This document shows, piece by piece, positions 38,213 to 48,889 of a stretch of 64,000 nt of DNA. The notes below the pieces were generated by a model. The model saw nothing but the letters and a program-made list of their open reading frames with translations, had not been told where the DNA came from and searched no databases. The stretch is from Pelagomonas calceolata. Taxonomy: Eukaryota. Made by a program: the position numbers and the translations under genes. Numbering within the stretch: the stretch's first letter is position 1; every line of letters begins with the position of its first letter. The stretch spans positions 4,216,001 through 4,280,000 of the forward strand of contig CAKKNE010000001.1 in NCBI GenBank assembly GCA_918797485.1, written 5' to 3'.

Positions 38213-41200
38213 ATGCACCAGCCGCACCTCTCATTTGCTTTCCTCCACAGCCACGATGTGAAAGAAGCAATACCAACGTTGCGCGCCCTGCTCGCGCTGC
38301 TCCCGGCGCTCGTCGCGCTGGCCTACGGCATCGTCAGGCCAAAACCACAAACGCCGCCGCGCCGGGCCGGCGCCCTCGACAAATGGAGAAGCGCGCTCGC
38401 ATCCCTCGCCGTCGTCCTGCTCGTGGCGCGGTCGGTTGTGGGAAAAGGCCAAGTCGCGGCGCTCACCGCGGCCGGCGCCGCGGGCGTCCTGGGCCTCCTG
38501 GCCAACGAAGAGGCCGTTTTAGGATTGGGCGAGGCCTGGCCCACGCGCATGGCGTGGCTCTGCGTCGCCGGGGCGTCGGGTTGGGACCTCGCGCGGAGCC
38601 ACGACACTGTAGATAAGTGGCTCTCAGCAATCGCCTTCACGATAACAGCATCATCAGCCATCGCCTACGCCCTCTTCAACGCCGCAGCTAGAAGAAAGCC
38701 TATCAATGAAGAGGGCTACGCTCTACTCGAAGAAGAAGACGAGTCCCCGGAGGACGCCGCCGGCCCGGCGTCGACAGGAGTCTTCGCCTGGATGTCTCCT
38801 TTGTTGGCAAAGGGCTACGCGCGACCCCTAGAAGCGCGGGACCTCTTCCCTCTCATTCGCGAAGATGACCCGGACGCCGTCGCTTCTCGCCTCCGCCACT
38901 CGCTACAATCAAAGCCGAAGCTCGTGAAGGCTCTGATTGCGGCCTTCGGGCCCCACTTCTTCGTCGGCGGTTTGTACAAGCTCGTTTATGATAGCACACA
39001 GTTGTTAGTGCCGGTACTGCTGAATAGGTTCCTGAAGGTGCTCGGAAAGAACGACACCCAAGCCTACAAGATCGCGGGCCTCATGGTCGCCAACGCCATT
39101 CTCGCTACACTGTTATTACACCAGTATTTTCAGAGGACATATAGGACTGGCATGCGCCTGAAAAGTGCCGCCATCTCCCTCGTCTTCGACAAGGCGCTCG
39201 TGGCGCGGAGGCAAGCTGAGACCGATGAGGACCAGGAGAAGGGTGCTAAGAAGCAGGCGCTCGTCACGAATTTGATGAGCGTCGACGCGCAACGTTTGCA
39301 AGATAACATGACGTACATGTTTTCCATTGTTTCCGGGATTTACCAGATTGTGGTCACGATGTATTTGCTATATGGCCAGCTCGGCTATGCGGCCTTCGGT
39401 GGGTTGGGGGTTATGTTGATATTCCTACCTGTTACGCAACGTATCGTACTACTTACTCGCGATTATCAAAAGGTCGTGTTACAGTACAAAGATAAACGTA
39501 TCAAGTTGCAAACGGAAGCGTTGGGTGGCATGAAGATCGTGAAGTTGTACGGCTGGGAGGACCCTCTTGGTTCGGAACTGAAGCGGCTGCGCGAGAAGGA
39601 GCTATCAGCGTTGTGGCACTACAAACTTGCTGGAGTGTTCAGTAGATGTGTCTTCGCCGTCGTTCCCACAGTAGTAGCCGTCGGTACCTTCAGTCTGTAC
39701 GTGCTGACGGGCCACGAGTTAACCGTATCTCGCGTCTACACGACGCTAGCTTTATTTAACGTGCTGCGGTTTCCTTTAATGATGGTGCCTCGGGCCATAT
39801 CCTCAGCCGTGGAAGCTTTACTGTCCGTCGATAGAATAGCGCATTTCTTAGATGCGCCCGAGGTTTCTAAGTTACCTTCCGAAAGTAGCGACGATTGCGC
39901 TCTATACCTCGACAACGCGCATATCAGGTGGCCCGGGACATCTAACAACGTTCAAGGCGCACCATTACTGAGAAGAGTCACGGCATCGATCAAGAAAGGA
40001 TCGTTGTGTGCTATCCTCGGAGAGACCGGGGCCGGAAAAAGTGGCTTACTCTCAGCTTTATTGGGCGAGTGCGACGTCACGTCTGGCCAATTGGGCGTCT
40101 TCGGCCGCATCGCCTATTGTGCCCAATCAGCGTGGATCCAGAACGCTTCTTTGAGGGAAAACATTTTGTTCGGTGCATCGTACGATAAAAAACGGTACCA
40201 GGAGACCATAAGGAGGTGCGCCTTGAGGGATGATTTAAAAGCGTTGGCCGACGGTGATAGGACGCAAATCGGCGAGAAGGGTTTAACTTTGTCAGGTGGT
40301 CAGAAACAACGAGTCGCGTTAGCTAGAGCTTTCTACGCGGGCGCGGACGTTTACTTGTTTGATGATTGCCTATCAGCAGTAGATGCCCACGTCGCCGCGC
40401 ATTTATTTTCGGAGTTAGTCTGCCATTTGCGAGATACGGGCGCGACGGTGGTGCTAGTGACGCATAACCTCAGTACGATACGGCGGTGCGACGTCGTCCT
40501 CGAGCTGAACAAGGGCGAAGTGTCCTACGTCGGGAACCCGCAAGAGTACCTCGAAGAGGGCCAGAAGAACCCCGAGGCCCACCCGTTAGCTGCTTTGGCA
40601 CTGAAACACAAGCAGAACGGGTCGTCGTCGTCCCTGGTTTCGATGGGCAAGGACGTATCGTCCGAATCATCGGACGACGAAGTCGAGACTCAGAACGGTG
40701 TTACTATGAACACGACGGAGCACCGCACTAGAGGTGTGGTGAAGAGTGAGACGCGGGCGGCTTATCTCGCGGCGACGGGCGGGCTCGCGATGGTCATCTT
40801 AGTTGTTACGGCACAAATTATGTACCAAGCCTCGACCGTAGCCACGAGCTGGTGGCTGGGCTACTGGAGTGCGGGCGCTGGGTATGCTAAAAAAATAAAC
40901 GCGTCCGAGGGGCTATCGGTCTACGCTGGATTATCAGGCATCGCCGTTTTACTCTCAGTCGTAGCCTACGGCGTCGCGTCGAAGCTCGGCCAGAACGCGG
41001 CACGCTCATTACATAACCAGATGTTGGATGGACTGCTGAAGGCACCGATGGCTTTTTTTGATCGCACACCTCTCGGACGATTGGTCAATTTATTCTCGAA
41101 GGATTTGTATACGATTGATGAGGAGTTACCCGTGACATTGGCGATGTGGCTCTCTGTTGCTACTTCCTGTTCCGCGACAATAGCCACCGTAGCGTTCGCG

Positions 41201-42442
41201 ACGCCGTGGTTTTTAGCTGTCGTCTGTCCTCTCGGGTTCCTGTATTTTGGTACCATGAAGTACTTCATCCCCAGTGTCAGGGAGCTCAAGAGGTTGGACG
41301 CTACGAGTCGCTCTCCGGTTTTCTCCGCCTTTGGCGAAGCGCTCGACGGGGCCACGACCATCCGAGCGTTTCGGGCCGAGGAACGGTTCTCCCGGGATCA
41401 GTCTACCAAGCTCAGGACTAACCTAAAAGCCTACTTCCTGGGCACGGCGTGCAACCGGTGGCTCGCGGTGAGATTGGAGTTCCTAGGGACGCTAACTACG
41501 GGTGCCGCGGCCTTCCTCGCGGTGGCGGGCAACACCGCACCGTACAAAGCCGGCCTCTCACTGACCTACGCTCTCAGTGTGACGCAAGCGTTAAATTGGT
41601 TCGTGCGCATGAACGCGGACCTAGAAAACAATTCCGTGGCCGTCGAGCGCGTCGTCGACCAGAGTAGAGTAGTTGCTGAGAAAGATGGGAGCGAGGAGCC
41701 TCCAGCAAATTGGCCGTCGCACGGCTCCTTGGAAGTCTCGAATCTGAAACTAAGATATAGGCCGGAGCTGCCCCTCGTGCTGAAAGGCCTGACGTTTTCT
41801 GTCGAGGGCGGGACGAAATTAGCCTTGGTGGGTCGAACCGGTTCGGGGAAGTCGTCGTTCTTACTAGCTTTGTTGAGGTTGGCGCCACCTTCTTCCGGAA
41901 GTTCTATTAGTGTGGACGGCGTCGACGTCCTACGGTGCTCTTTAGCATCCTTACGACGTAGAGTCAGCATGATCCCGCAGGACCCCGTACTCTTTTCGGG
42001 GGACGTGCGGTTCAACGTCGATCCTTTCAACGCGTCGTCGGACGAGGAGGTTCGTAGAGCTCTGGTGGATGCGCAATTGGAAGCTCGCACATCCCTAGAC
42101 GCCCAGGTCGAGGAGGGCGGCCGCAACTTCTCGTTAGGTGAGCGGCAGCTGCTTTGTTTAGCAAGGGCGTGCCTACGACGGTCGAAATTGCTGCTGCTCG
42201 ACGAGGCGACGTCGGCAGTGGATGAAGCTCTCGACGCGGCCGTTCAGAGAGCTATTAGAAGGACGTTCCGGGACGCTACCGTGGTCTGCATCGCCCACCG
42301 GATCAACACTATTAGCGATTACGACCGCGTGCTGGTCTTGGACGATGGGGAGGTCGTCGAGGACGGCGTGCCGGCGGTGCTCGCGAAGGATCCCCAGTCG
42401 GTATTCGGCGGACTGGCGCGGTCGCACGACGAGGGGGTCTAA
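38213..42442 (+). CDS. ABCC/MRP-family full ABC transporter
   Basis: TMD-NBD-TMD-NBD; GETGAGKS, IGEKGLTLSGGQKQR, GRTGSGKSS, NFSLGERQLLCLAR, LDEATSAVD. Confidence 0.95.
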   Translation: MHQPHLSFAFLHSHDVKEAIPTLRALLALLPALVALAYGIVRPKPQTPPRRAGALDKWRSALASLAVVLLVARSVVGKGQVAALTAAGAAGVLGLLANEEAVLGLGEAWPTRMAWLCVAGASGWDLARSHDTVDKWLSAIAFTITASSAIAYALFNAAARRKPINEEGYALLEEEDESPEDAAGPASTGVFAWMSPLLAKGYARPLEARDLFPLIREDDPDAVASRLRHSLQSKPKLVKALIAAFGPHFFVGGLYKLVYDSTQLLVPVLLNRFLKVLGKNDTQAYKIAGLMVANAILATLLLHQYFQRTYRTGMRLKSAAISLVFDKALVARRQAETDEDQEKGAKKQALVTNLMSVDAQRLQDNMTYMFSIVSGIYQIVVTMYLLYGQLGYAAFGGLGVMLIFLPVTQRIVLLTRDYQKVVLQYKDKRIKLQTEALGGMKIVKLYGWEDPLGSELKRLREKELSALWHYKLAGVFSRCVFAVVPTVVAVGTFSLYVLTGHELTVSRVYTTLALFNVLRFPLMMVPRAISSAVEALLSVDRIAHFLDAPEVSKLPSESSDDCALYLDNAHIRWPGTSNNVQGAPLLRRVTASIKKGSLCAILGETGAGKSGLLSALLGECDVTSGQLGVFGRIAYCAQSAWIQNASLRENILFGASYDKKRYQETIRRCALRDDLKALADGDRTQIGEKGLTLSGGQKQRVALARAFYAGADVYLFDDCLSAVDAHVAAHLFSELVCHLRDTGATVVLVTHNLSTIRRCDVVLELNKGEVSYVGNPQEYLEEGQKNPEAHPLAALALKHKQNGSSSSLVSMGKDVSSESSDDEVETQNGVTMNTTEHRTRGVVKSETRAAYLAATGGLAMVILVVTAQIMYQASTVATSWWLGYWSAGAGYAKKINASEGLSVYAGLSGIAVLLSVVAYGVASKLGQNAARSLHNQMLDGLLKAPMAFFDRTPLGRLVNLFSKDLYTIDEELPVTLAMWLSVATSCSATIATVAFATPWFLAVVCPLGFLYFGTMKYFIPSVRELKRLDATSRSPVFSAFGEALDGATTIRAFRAEERFSRDQSTKLRTNLKAYFLGTACNRWLAVRLEFLGTLTTGAAAFLAVAGNTAPYKAGLSLTYALSVTQALNWFVRMNADLENNSVAVERVVDQSRVVAEKDGSEEPPANWPSHGSLEVSNLKLRYRPELPLVLKGLTFSVEGGTKLALVGRTGSGKSSFLLALLRLAPPSSGSSISVDGVDVLRCSLASLRRRVSMIPQDPVLFSGDVRFNVDPFNASSDEEVRRALVDAQLEARTSLDAQVEEGGRNFSLGERQLLCLARACLRRSKLLLLDEATSAVDEALDAAVQRAIRRTFRDATVVCIAHRINTISDYDRVLVLDDGEVVEDGVPAVLAKDPQSVFGGLARSHDEGV

Positions 42443-42602
42443 CATTAACTTGTGTGATTTCTTAAGGAAGCGCGACGGCGTGGCGGCGGCGACGCGACGT
42501 TTGATTCATCCAAAACCGCAAAAACCCGTCACTCAGCATTGCGATTAATTTTGCTGCCAGCAGGCTGCCCGCATCCTCGCGCCGCCGCAGCCGCACTTAT
42601 TG

Positions 42603-42905
42603 ATGGACGCTGCGCCGTCCGTGACCTACGCGTCTGCCCGAAATCCAGTGGCTGCTATTAAGACTGCCATCCTCCGTACCATTGAGGAGCGTTCAGACAA
42701 TCCCCGCAAGGTCTGGGCCGCTCTCTGCGCGTCGGCACGCGTGCAAGTTAACGAGAGCCTCACGACGGAACAATTCACAACCGCGCTGAAATACACGGGC
42801 ACCGGCATCCAACTCACGCCCGGCGACACGGAGCTCGTGCTCGGCGCCGAACCCCTCACGTTCGCCCGGTTCCAGGCGTTCGTCGCGGAGAATCCCTCGT
42901 GGTAA
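42603..42905 (+). CDS. Small degenerate EF-hand-like protein
   Basis: LTTEQFTTALK...QLT....ELV....LTFARFQAFV pattern. Confidence 0.5.
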   Translation: MDAAPSVTYASARNPVAAIKTAILRTIEERSDNPRKVWAALCASARVQVNESLTTEQFTTALKYTGTGIQLTPGDTELVLGAEPLTFARFQAFVAENPSW

Positions 42906-42906
42906 A

Positions 42907-44058
42907 ATGATCCTCACGCTGTGCACCGCCTGCGCCGCGCCACTGCCTGACGAGCCCATGCAATGTGCAGAATGCGCCACTCGATACTGTTCTGAGCGTT
43001 GTGAGCGCTACGACCGGCGCCGCGGCGGGCACGGGAGGATTTGTGGTGCCATCGCAAGTGGCGGCGGCGCGGAACAATACCACGCCGACAAAAAGTACGC
43101 GGAGGCCGTCGACGTCGCGGTCGAAGAGTGCGCCGAGGACGCCGAAGGTCAGACGTGCTACATCTGCACGGAGGCCCTCCATGCGGAAACGAAGGAGGGT
43201 CTCGTGCGCGGGTGTGCGTGCCGCGGGACGGCGGGATTTGCCCACGTGTCGTGCTTGGCGGAGCAGGCGAAGATTTTGGTCGCGGAGGGTGAGGAGAATA
43301 ACCTGGGCCTCAGTGCGTTGAATGATAGGTGGGCGCGGTGGGACACATGTAGCCTGTGCAAGCAAATGTACTACGGCGTTGTGTATTGCGCTCTCGGCTG
43401 GGCGTGCTGGAAGACGTACGTGGGGAGGCCGGAGACAGATCGATATCGGCGCACCGCAATGGGCGTCCTTGGGAACGGTTTAGAATTCGCAGAACGCAAC
43501 GATGAGGCATTGCCCATCAAAGAGGCCGAATTGTCTATGGAGCGGCGCCTTGGCGCATCAGAAGATAGCATCCTCGTCGTGCAGGGCAATCTTGCGAACA
43601 CATATGCTAAGGCTGGAAGGTCTGAAGATGCCGTGTGCACGTCGCGAGACGTTTACCTCGGGCATTTGAAGCTCTACGGCGAAGAAAATGAAAAAACCCT
43701 CAGGGCTACCAACAACTACGCGTCGATCCTTGTCGATCTGCGGCACTTCAAAGAGGCCCAGTCATTGATGCGTAAAACGATTCCCGTGGCGCGGCGCGTT
43801 CTGGAAGAGAGTAATGAAACCACGCTCAGGATGAGGTGGACTTACGCGATGGCACTCTTTTTTGAGGACTCCACCGCCACGCTCGACGATCTCAGCGAGG
43901 CCGTGACGACGCTCGAGGACATAGAACAGATTGCGCGGCGCGTGTTCGGTGGCGCGCATCCGACCACCTCGGCGATTGAGGAGAACTTGCAAGACGCGCG
44001 AGCCGTGCTCCACGCCCGCGAAGAAACGCCTTCGCCAGGGAATGCGTCGTCGTCATAA
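42907..44058 (+). CDS. MYND-like Zn finger + RING-variant + TPR (kinesin-light-chain-like) repeat protein
   Basis: CTAC...CAEC..RYCSERC...H..IC; CYIC...CACRG...AHVSCL; TPR repeats such as QGNLANTYAKAGR and TNNYASIL. Confidence 0.85.
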   Translation: MILTLCTACAAPLPDEPMQCAECATRYCSERCERYDRRRGGHGRICGAIASGGGAEQYHADKKYAEAVDVAVEECAEDAEGQTCYICTEALHAETKEGLVRGCACRGTAGFAHVSCLAEQAKILVAEGEENNLGLSALNDRWARWDTCSLCKQMYYGVVYCALGWACWKTYVGRPETDRYRRTAMGVLGNGLEFAERNDEALPIKEAELSMERRLGASEDSILVVQGNLANTYAKAGRSEDAVCTSRDVYLGHLKLYGEENEKTLRATNNYASILVDLRHFKEAQSLMRKTIPVARRVLEESNETTLRMRWTYAMALFFEDSTATLDDLSEAVTTLEDIEQIARRVFGGAHPTTSAIEENLQDARAVLHAREETPSPGNASSS

Positions 44059-44144
44059 GCGTTCTACTACTAGCAATGCATAGTGAACGAGTGAACGAAG
44101 TATTTCTCCTGGGATGGGGGGCGTCGGAGTACACAACAGTTATC

Positions 44145-46259
44145 CTAAAACAACACCCCCGCCGCCTCCTCGTCGTCGTCGTCGCCGTACAGACACCGGA
44201 GCGCCGGGACCAACGAAGGCGCCCAGGCTAGTTGGGGAAAGGACAGGCGCAGGAAGTCCGACGCGACGACGGCGCCCGTGTCCCCCAGACCCTCGGGCAG
44301 CGCCGGGTAGCGCTGCGAGAAGTGCGTCAGGACCGTCCGGCACGCGTTCGCGTCCCTGCCCACACCTAATGCTTCCGAGATCGTCGAGTGGCGTTTTTTA
44401 ACGGCATCGTCCTCGAGACCATCGGAAAATGTCGCCTCGTGGATCAACACGGTGCAGTCCCGGGCCGCGGCCGCGAGCTTCGTCGACGGGCGGCAGTCGC
44501 CGGAGTAGCACAGGGACCAGCCATCGACCGCCTTGACGACGACGCCGTAGGCCTGGGCGCAGTGCGGCACGGGCACGCAGAAGCATTGCGCGAGGCGCAG
44601 GTCGTCGGTCAACCGCTGCTGCTGCGGGTGCGGCGCGTCTTCCTTCATCCACTGGCACTCGACGGGCACGTACGCATCCATCAAAGGCGCATACACGGCC
44701 GCGTAGTCTCCGAGCCACCGCAATACCGGCCATGGCGCCATCAGAATTGGTGAAGGCTCGTCCGGCGCGAGGCGTCTTCTTTCAGCTAAGAGCGAGGGCA
44801 GGCCGAGGTGGTGGTCGGCGTGCGGGTGCGAGATCCAGACGGCGCCCAAATTCCGCAGACACTCGTCCGCGCGCCCCCCGAACGCCCTCCTAAGCTGCCC
44901 GAGCGTGCCCTCGCCGCAGTCCAGGAGTAGCCCGCGGCCCGGATCACTCACGTCCGTCGTCTCGGCGGCGCACCGCAGGTAGATGCCCGAGACGTTTCTG
45001 TGTTTGGACGGCATCGCTGAGCCGGTCCCCAGAAAACACAACGACGCGGCGGCGTGCTGTAATTGTGAAGGGACGTCGGTCGTTTTTGCTTTCTCAACTC
45101 CCTCCAATGCCGCGTCGAGGCCCCGCGCCTTCACTTCATTCCATTCCGCCTCGAGGTCGTCCTCCACTACCTCTGGTGCGACGTAGCCGGCTTGCGAACG
45201 CGGCACGAGGGTGAAGCGGCCCGTCGTCTCCACCTGCACGCCCGGGCCGCGCCAGGCGTCTTCTGTGGTTGCCTCAGCGACATCTGATGTGTAGCAGTCC
45301 GGCGCGACGCGCGCTAATAGTCTAGCGTCCCGCGCCGCCGTTCTGAAGGGCGACGCGCCGGCCTGCGTCCAGAGCTGTTGGATAGAAGAAGGAAAGCTTT
45401 GTGAGAAGGCGAGATACGCCTCCGAGGCGGCTATCTGCGGCCGCGCAAGGTGCACGACGCAGTCTAACGAAGCCGACCCCGTGAGGAAGGCTTGAAGCTT
45501 TGATCGTAATCGTTGGAGCGCGCCGGGCGTCGACACATACAAGGCCAGGACACACGCACCAGGTGTCGTCGCCCCGACGACCTGCGAGGCCTGGACGACG
45601 CTTCCATCGTCGAGCGTGACGGCCTCGCCCCGCTTCAGCGCGCCGTACAGGGGCCCCGGCGGCACGTTGAGCGCTTTCGCCTTATCGACGTCGAAGCGGC
45701 CCAACACGTCGGGCGTTTTTATGACGTACGACACGCTTTTTGATGAGAGCGTCTTCGGCTTCTTCGCAACCGGTCCCTCCGTCACTTCCTCATCCTCGAC
45801 GACGATCGCCCGCACCCTTAGTAGACCGTTGCCCCGCTCCTCCCCATCAGACACTTCCTCAACCTCAATCTCGAGATCCTCCCTATTGATGAAGTGGCGC
45901 GTGCTCGCCGCGTAGCCTCTTAAACCTTCGGGACCTCGTAGTGTGGTCTTCCTCAAGCCCGCGTCATAGGCCGTCAGTTGGTAGCCCGGCAGGCCGCCGA
46001 CGGCCGAAGGCCCGAGGTGCGTCAGGCACACGGCATCCACTTTCCCAATTTTTATCTTCTGTTCGACACATAAACGCTGCCAGCCCTCGGGTACATTGAT
46101 GACCAAACGCTCCGTGTCCGCCGTGAAGAGTAACGAGGGTCCGCTGTCCGCGGACCACGTCGAGAGCACGTCCATCGACGCCGGGCGCGAGTCCATGGCG
46201 CGGCTGCCGTCGGCCTGCGTGTGGCAGATCTGGCGCTTCTTTTTCGATTTCTTGCCCAT
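44145..46259 (-). CDS. ELAC2: Long-form RNase Z (tRNA 3' endonuclease)
   Basis: EGWQR, GRFDVDKAKALNVPPGPLYGALK flexible arm, FLGTGSAMPSKHRN, LDCGEGT, SHPHADHHLG, YSGDCRP, IHEATF, HST, LTHFSQRY. Confidence 0.95.
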   Translation of the reverse strand: MGKKSKKKRQICHTQADGSRAMDSRPASMDVLSTWSADSGPSLLFTADTERLVINVPEGWQRLCVEQKIKIGKVDAVCLTHLGPSAVGGLPGYQLTAYDAGLRKTTLRGPEGLRGYAASTRHFINREDLEIEVEEVSDGEERGNGLLRVRAIVVEDEEVTEGPVAKKPKTLSSKSVSYVIKTPDVLGRFDVDKAKALNVPPGPLYGALKRGEAVTLDDGSVVQASQVVGATTPGACVLALYVSTPGALQRLRSKLQAFLTGSASLDCVVHLARPQIAASEAYLAFSQSFPSSIQQLWTQAGASPFRTAARDARLLARVAPDCYTSDVAEATTEDAWRGPGVQVETTGRFTLVPRSQAGYVAPEVVEDDLEAEWNEVKARGLDAALEGVEKAKTTDVPSQLQHAAASLCFLGTGSAMPSKHRNVSGIYLRCAAETTDVSDPGRGLLLDCGEGTLGQLRRAFGGRADECLRNLGAVWISHPHADHHLGLPSLLAERRRLAPDEPSPILMAPWPVLRWLGDYAAVYAPLMDAYVPVECQWMKEDAPHPQQQRLTDDLRLAQCFCVPVPHCAQAYGVVVKAVDGWSLCYSGDCRPSTKLAAAARDCTVLIHEATFSDGLEDDAVKKRHSTISEALGVGRDANACRTVLTHFSQRYPALPEGLGDTGAVVASDFLRLSFPQLAWAPSLVPALRCLYGDDDDEEAAGVLF

Positions 46260-46560
46260 CGTTATCGTCGCGTGTGCTCAGTGCGCTTGCTTTGTCGCTT
46301 GTTGTAAGGGGCCAACGAGCGCGGTGCCGCGGTTTCTTGCCGCTTGCCGGATCTATGCGCACCACTGGCAACCTACCGTTCGAATGCTGGTGTCGATAGG
46401 CCGTTAGTCGGATGACTGTGGTCCTGTTGCCGCGCTGCCTCTGCCAAGCAGCAAGCTCTTGCGGGCTGCACAAATCGCTAGCGCGAGTTTTCAGACGCAA
46501 CCAAGCAGCTCAAGCACCCTCGCACATAAAACGCGTCGCCGCGACGCGAGCCTGTGACCG

Positions 46561-47025
46561 ATGGCGAAGGCGGCGGCCAAGAAGCAGGCCAAGGCCCAGG
46601 CCGCCGCAAAGAGCACCTACCAGCCCCTAATTGCAGCCGTGGTCCTCTGGTACGCGGCGATACGTTTGTACTACAAGCAAGGCGAGCGCATCCACTACTA
46701 TGCATTGGGCGGCTGCCTGCTGATCTACAAAATTACGCTGCCGATGGCGATCGAGGCGTCCGTCGCGCCCGAGGGCTCGATCACGGGCTATTTCTTCGAC
46801 GTCATGGTGCTGACGTTGTTTACGCAAACGCTCAGCACGTACACGGACAAGGCCTGGTACATCCTGTTGATCGTGCCGGCGTTCGGCGTCTTCAAGGCCG
46901 GCTCGGCCTGGTTCGGGAAACTCTCGAGTTCGGCCGCGAAAAGCGCCGAGAAGCCCGAGGACGAGGCCCCCGCGGGGCCCAAGAAGGAACGCAAGCCGAA
47001 GCGGAAAACCATGAAGTCGCGATGA
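46561..47025 (+). CDS. TMEM208: TMEM208/SND2 (DUF788) ER membrane protein
   Basis: MAKAAAKK N-terminus; GYFFDVMVLT...Q.LS....WYILLIVP; basic C-terminal tail. Confidence 0.75.
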   Translation: MAKAAAKKQAKAQAAAKSTYQPLIAAVVLWYAAIRLYYKQGERIHYYALGGCLLIYKITLPMAIEASVAPEGSITGYFFDVMVLTLFTQTLSTYTDKAWYILLIVPAFGVFKAGSAWFGKLSSSAAKSAEKPEDEAPAGPKKERKPKRKTMKSR

Positions 47026-47266
47026 TCGCCGCCGCCGGCGCTTGCTTTGTGTGTGGAGTAAGCACTAGGAACCTAGAGTGTTCGGAGGAGTGCGTCGTCG
47101 CACCAATGCACGCGCGCGGAGAGATGCAGCGCAACCCGACACACAGCGCATCTCATCAAGCAGGGAGAGCGCCGAGCCCTTTGCCTGCTGGGGCTGCCCC
47201 GCGAGCACGACTCGCCCAAGAAATAGCTGCAGGCAGCCCTCACGCCGTCGAGCCGAGGAAACAACC

Positions 47267-48706
47267 ATGGTCGCCGTGCGCCTCGACGACGGGAATGGGC
47301 TCGGCGTCATGAGCTGGGGCCAGCGGCCCGGGAACGGCCCGCCCGCGCGGACGGCCGTCTGGGAGGATACGAGCAACCTCACGCCGGGCTCGCCCCAGCC
47401 TCGCGAGGGCTCGCTCTTTACGAATCCGGAAGACGTCAATCAATCAACGCAGATGGCGCCGAACGCGCCGCGGGCCGTCACAATCTACCCCTTCGGGGCG
47501 GCCGTGCCGCTCAACGGCCGCCAGAAGGTCGACCGGTGGCACAACTCCCTGCCGCTGCCCCTCGTGAAACGCGAGCCGCCGGCCTGGGCCGCCGCGTCGA
47601 ACTCGCTGTCGTCGTTTCGCCGGCCGGCGTCGTGGGACGAGGCCCTCGCGGTCGGGCCGGCGCGGCCTTCAATTCAAACGTTTCCGGCGCCCCTCGTGCC
47701 GCCCCAGTACAAGCTCGAGGAGGAACGATTACAAAGAGAAGCGGAGTGGGACCGGCGCCGCGTCGCCGGCGCGCGGCTCGGCAACACGCGAGCGGCCGTG
47801 GACCACGCGCCGCCCGCACTCATTGGCCTGCGCCAGGAGACGGTGCCGGCGTTTGCGTCGACCCTGCCCCGGGACCCGAGCCGCTCTGAAATGGGCGGCG
47901 AGGTCGTGCCGGCGCCGGGCCAGCTCCCGGAGTCCGGTTTGTTTATCGTGAAGAAGCCCGCGCACACGAGACCGACGACGTGCTACCTGGTCGGGGGCGG
48001 CACGGGCCGCGTCGATCGCGGCGTCCTGACGGCCACGTCGTATCCCATGGAGGACGTCGAGGCGTCGCGGCGGTGCGCCGAGCGCCGGGCTTACGAAGAG
48101 CGGCGCAAGGGCCCGAGTGGGAGGCAGCGGACTACCTACGCGCCGAATTCGGCGGTGCCGCGGACTGCCTACGCCGCGCCGGCGGCGCCGGCGCTCGGCG
48201 GCAAGGAGCACCTCCGCGCGAACGCGGCGGCGGCGCCCGCGGCGATCCCGTCGCTGCGCCAGTTCCCCGAGGGCGGGCGCGTCCACCCGCCGCCGATCGA
48301 AAAAGGCCACCTGGAATACGTGCAGCCCACGCTCGTCGAGGCGTTAAGGGGAGGCGCGTCGCCGAAGCCGCCGTGGGTCGAGATGCGCGAGGCGCGGTCG
48401 ACGACCTGCGCCGACAAGACCTTCGAGACGCACGTGGGACCCTTCCGGCAGCCGGCGTCGATCCACTCCCCGTTCCCGGTGCGCGGGCGGAGGCCCCAGC
48501 TGCGGGCGGCGGCGTGGCCCGCGACGGCGGGGGCGCTCGAATTGCGGCGGACCCTCCGCCAGTCCCACGCGCTCGCGCGCGACTGCATGTACGTCAACGC
48601 GGACAAGATGAACGGCTTCGGCGCGTCGGACACGTCCTACGGCCAGGTGTTCGAGATCGCGGCCCCGGACCTCCGGAGGGGCGGCTTCAGGGGGCCACGG
48701 AGGTAA
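47267..48706 (+). CDS. Hypothetical Pro/Arg-rich protein
   Basis: 479-codon ORF from ATG in ACCATGG context; no family recognised. Confidence 0.6.
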   Translation: MVAVRLDDGNGLGVMSWGQRPGNGPPARTAVWEDTSNLTPGSPQPREGSLFTNPEDVNQSTQMAPNAPRAVTIYPFGAAVPLNGRQKVDRWHNSLPLPLVKREPPAWAAASNSLSSFRRPASWDEALAVGPARPSIQTFPAPLVPPQYKLEEERLQREAEWDRRRVAGARLGNTRAAVDHAPPALIGLRQETVPAFASTLPRDPSRSEMGGEVVPAPGQLPESGLFIVKKPAHTRPTTCYLVGGGTGRVDRGVLTATSYPMEDVEASRRCAERRAYEERRKGPSGRQRTTYAPNSAVPRTAYAAPAAPALGGKEHLRANAAAAPAAIPSLRQFPEGGRVHPPPIEKGHLEYVQPTLVEALRGGASPKPPWVEMREARSTTCADKTFETHVGPFRQPASIHSPFPVRGRRPQLRAAAWPATAGALELRRTLRQSHALARDCMYVNADKMNGFGASDTSYGQVFEIAAPDLRRGGFRGPRR

Positions 48707-48717
48707 TCGCTTTTTTT

Positions 48718-48738
48718 CTAGTGTCTTTCGACCGCTAG
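48718..48738 (+). promoter_or_regulatory. Recurrent motif variant CTAGTGTCTTTCGACCGCTAG
   Basis: Matches the motif with one deletion. Confidence 0.5.
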
Positions 48739-48889
48739 CTCAGCTTTTAGGACTGGCCCCTTTACCTCAGGCTCGCGGGCTCTATTTATGCCGCTCAGAC
48801 GTTTGCGCAGCCTTGCCAATCATTGCCAGTGCGTGAGGCGCCGCAGCGCGCTTACCTTGCCGCCTATCTCAAACTAGTTTAAACTCAGC

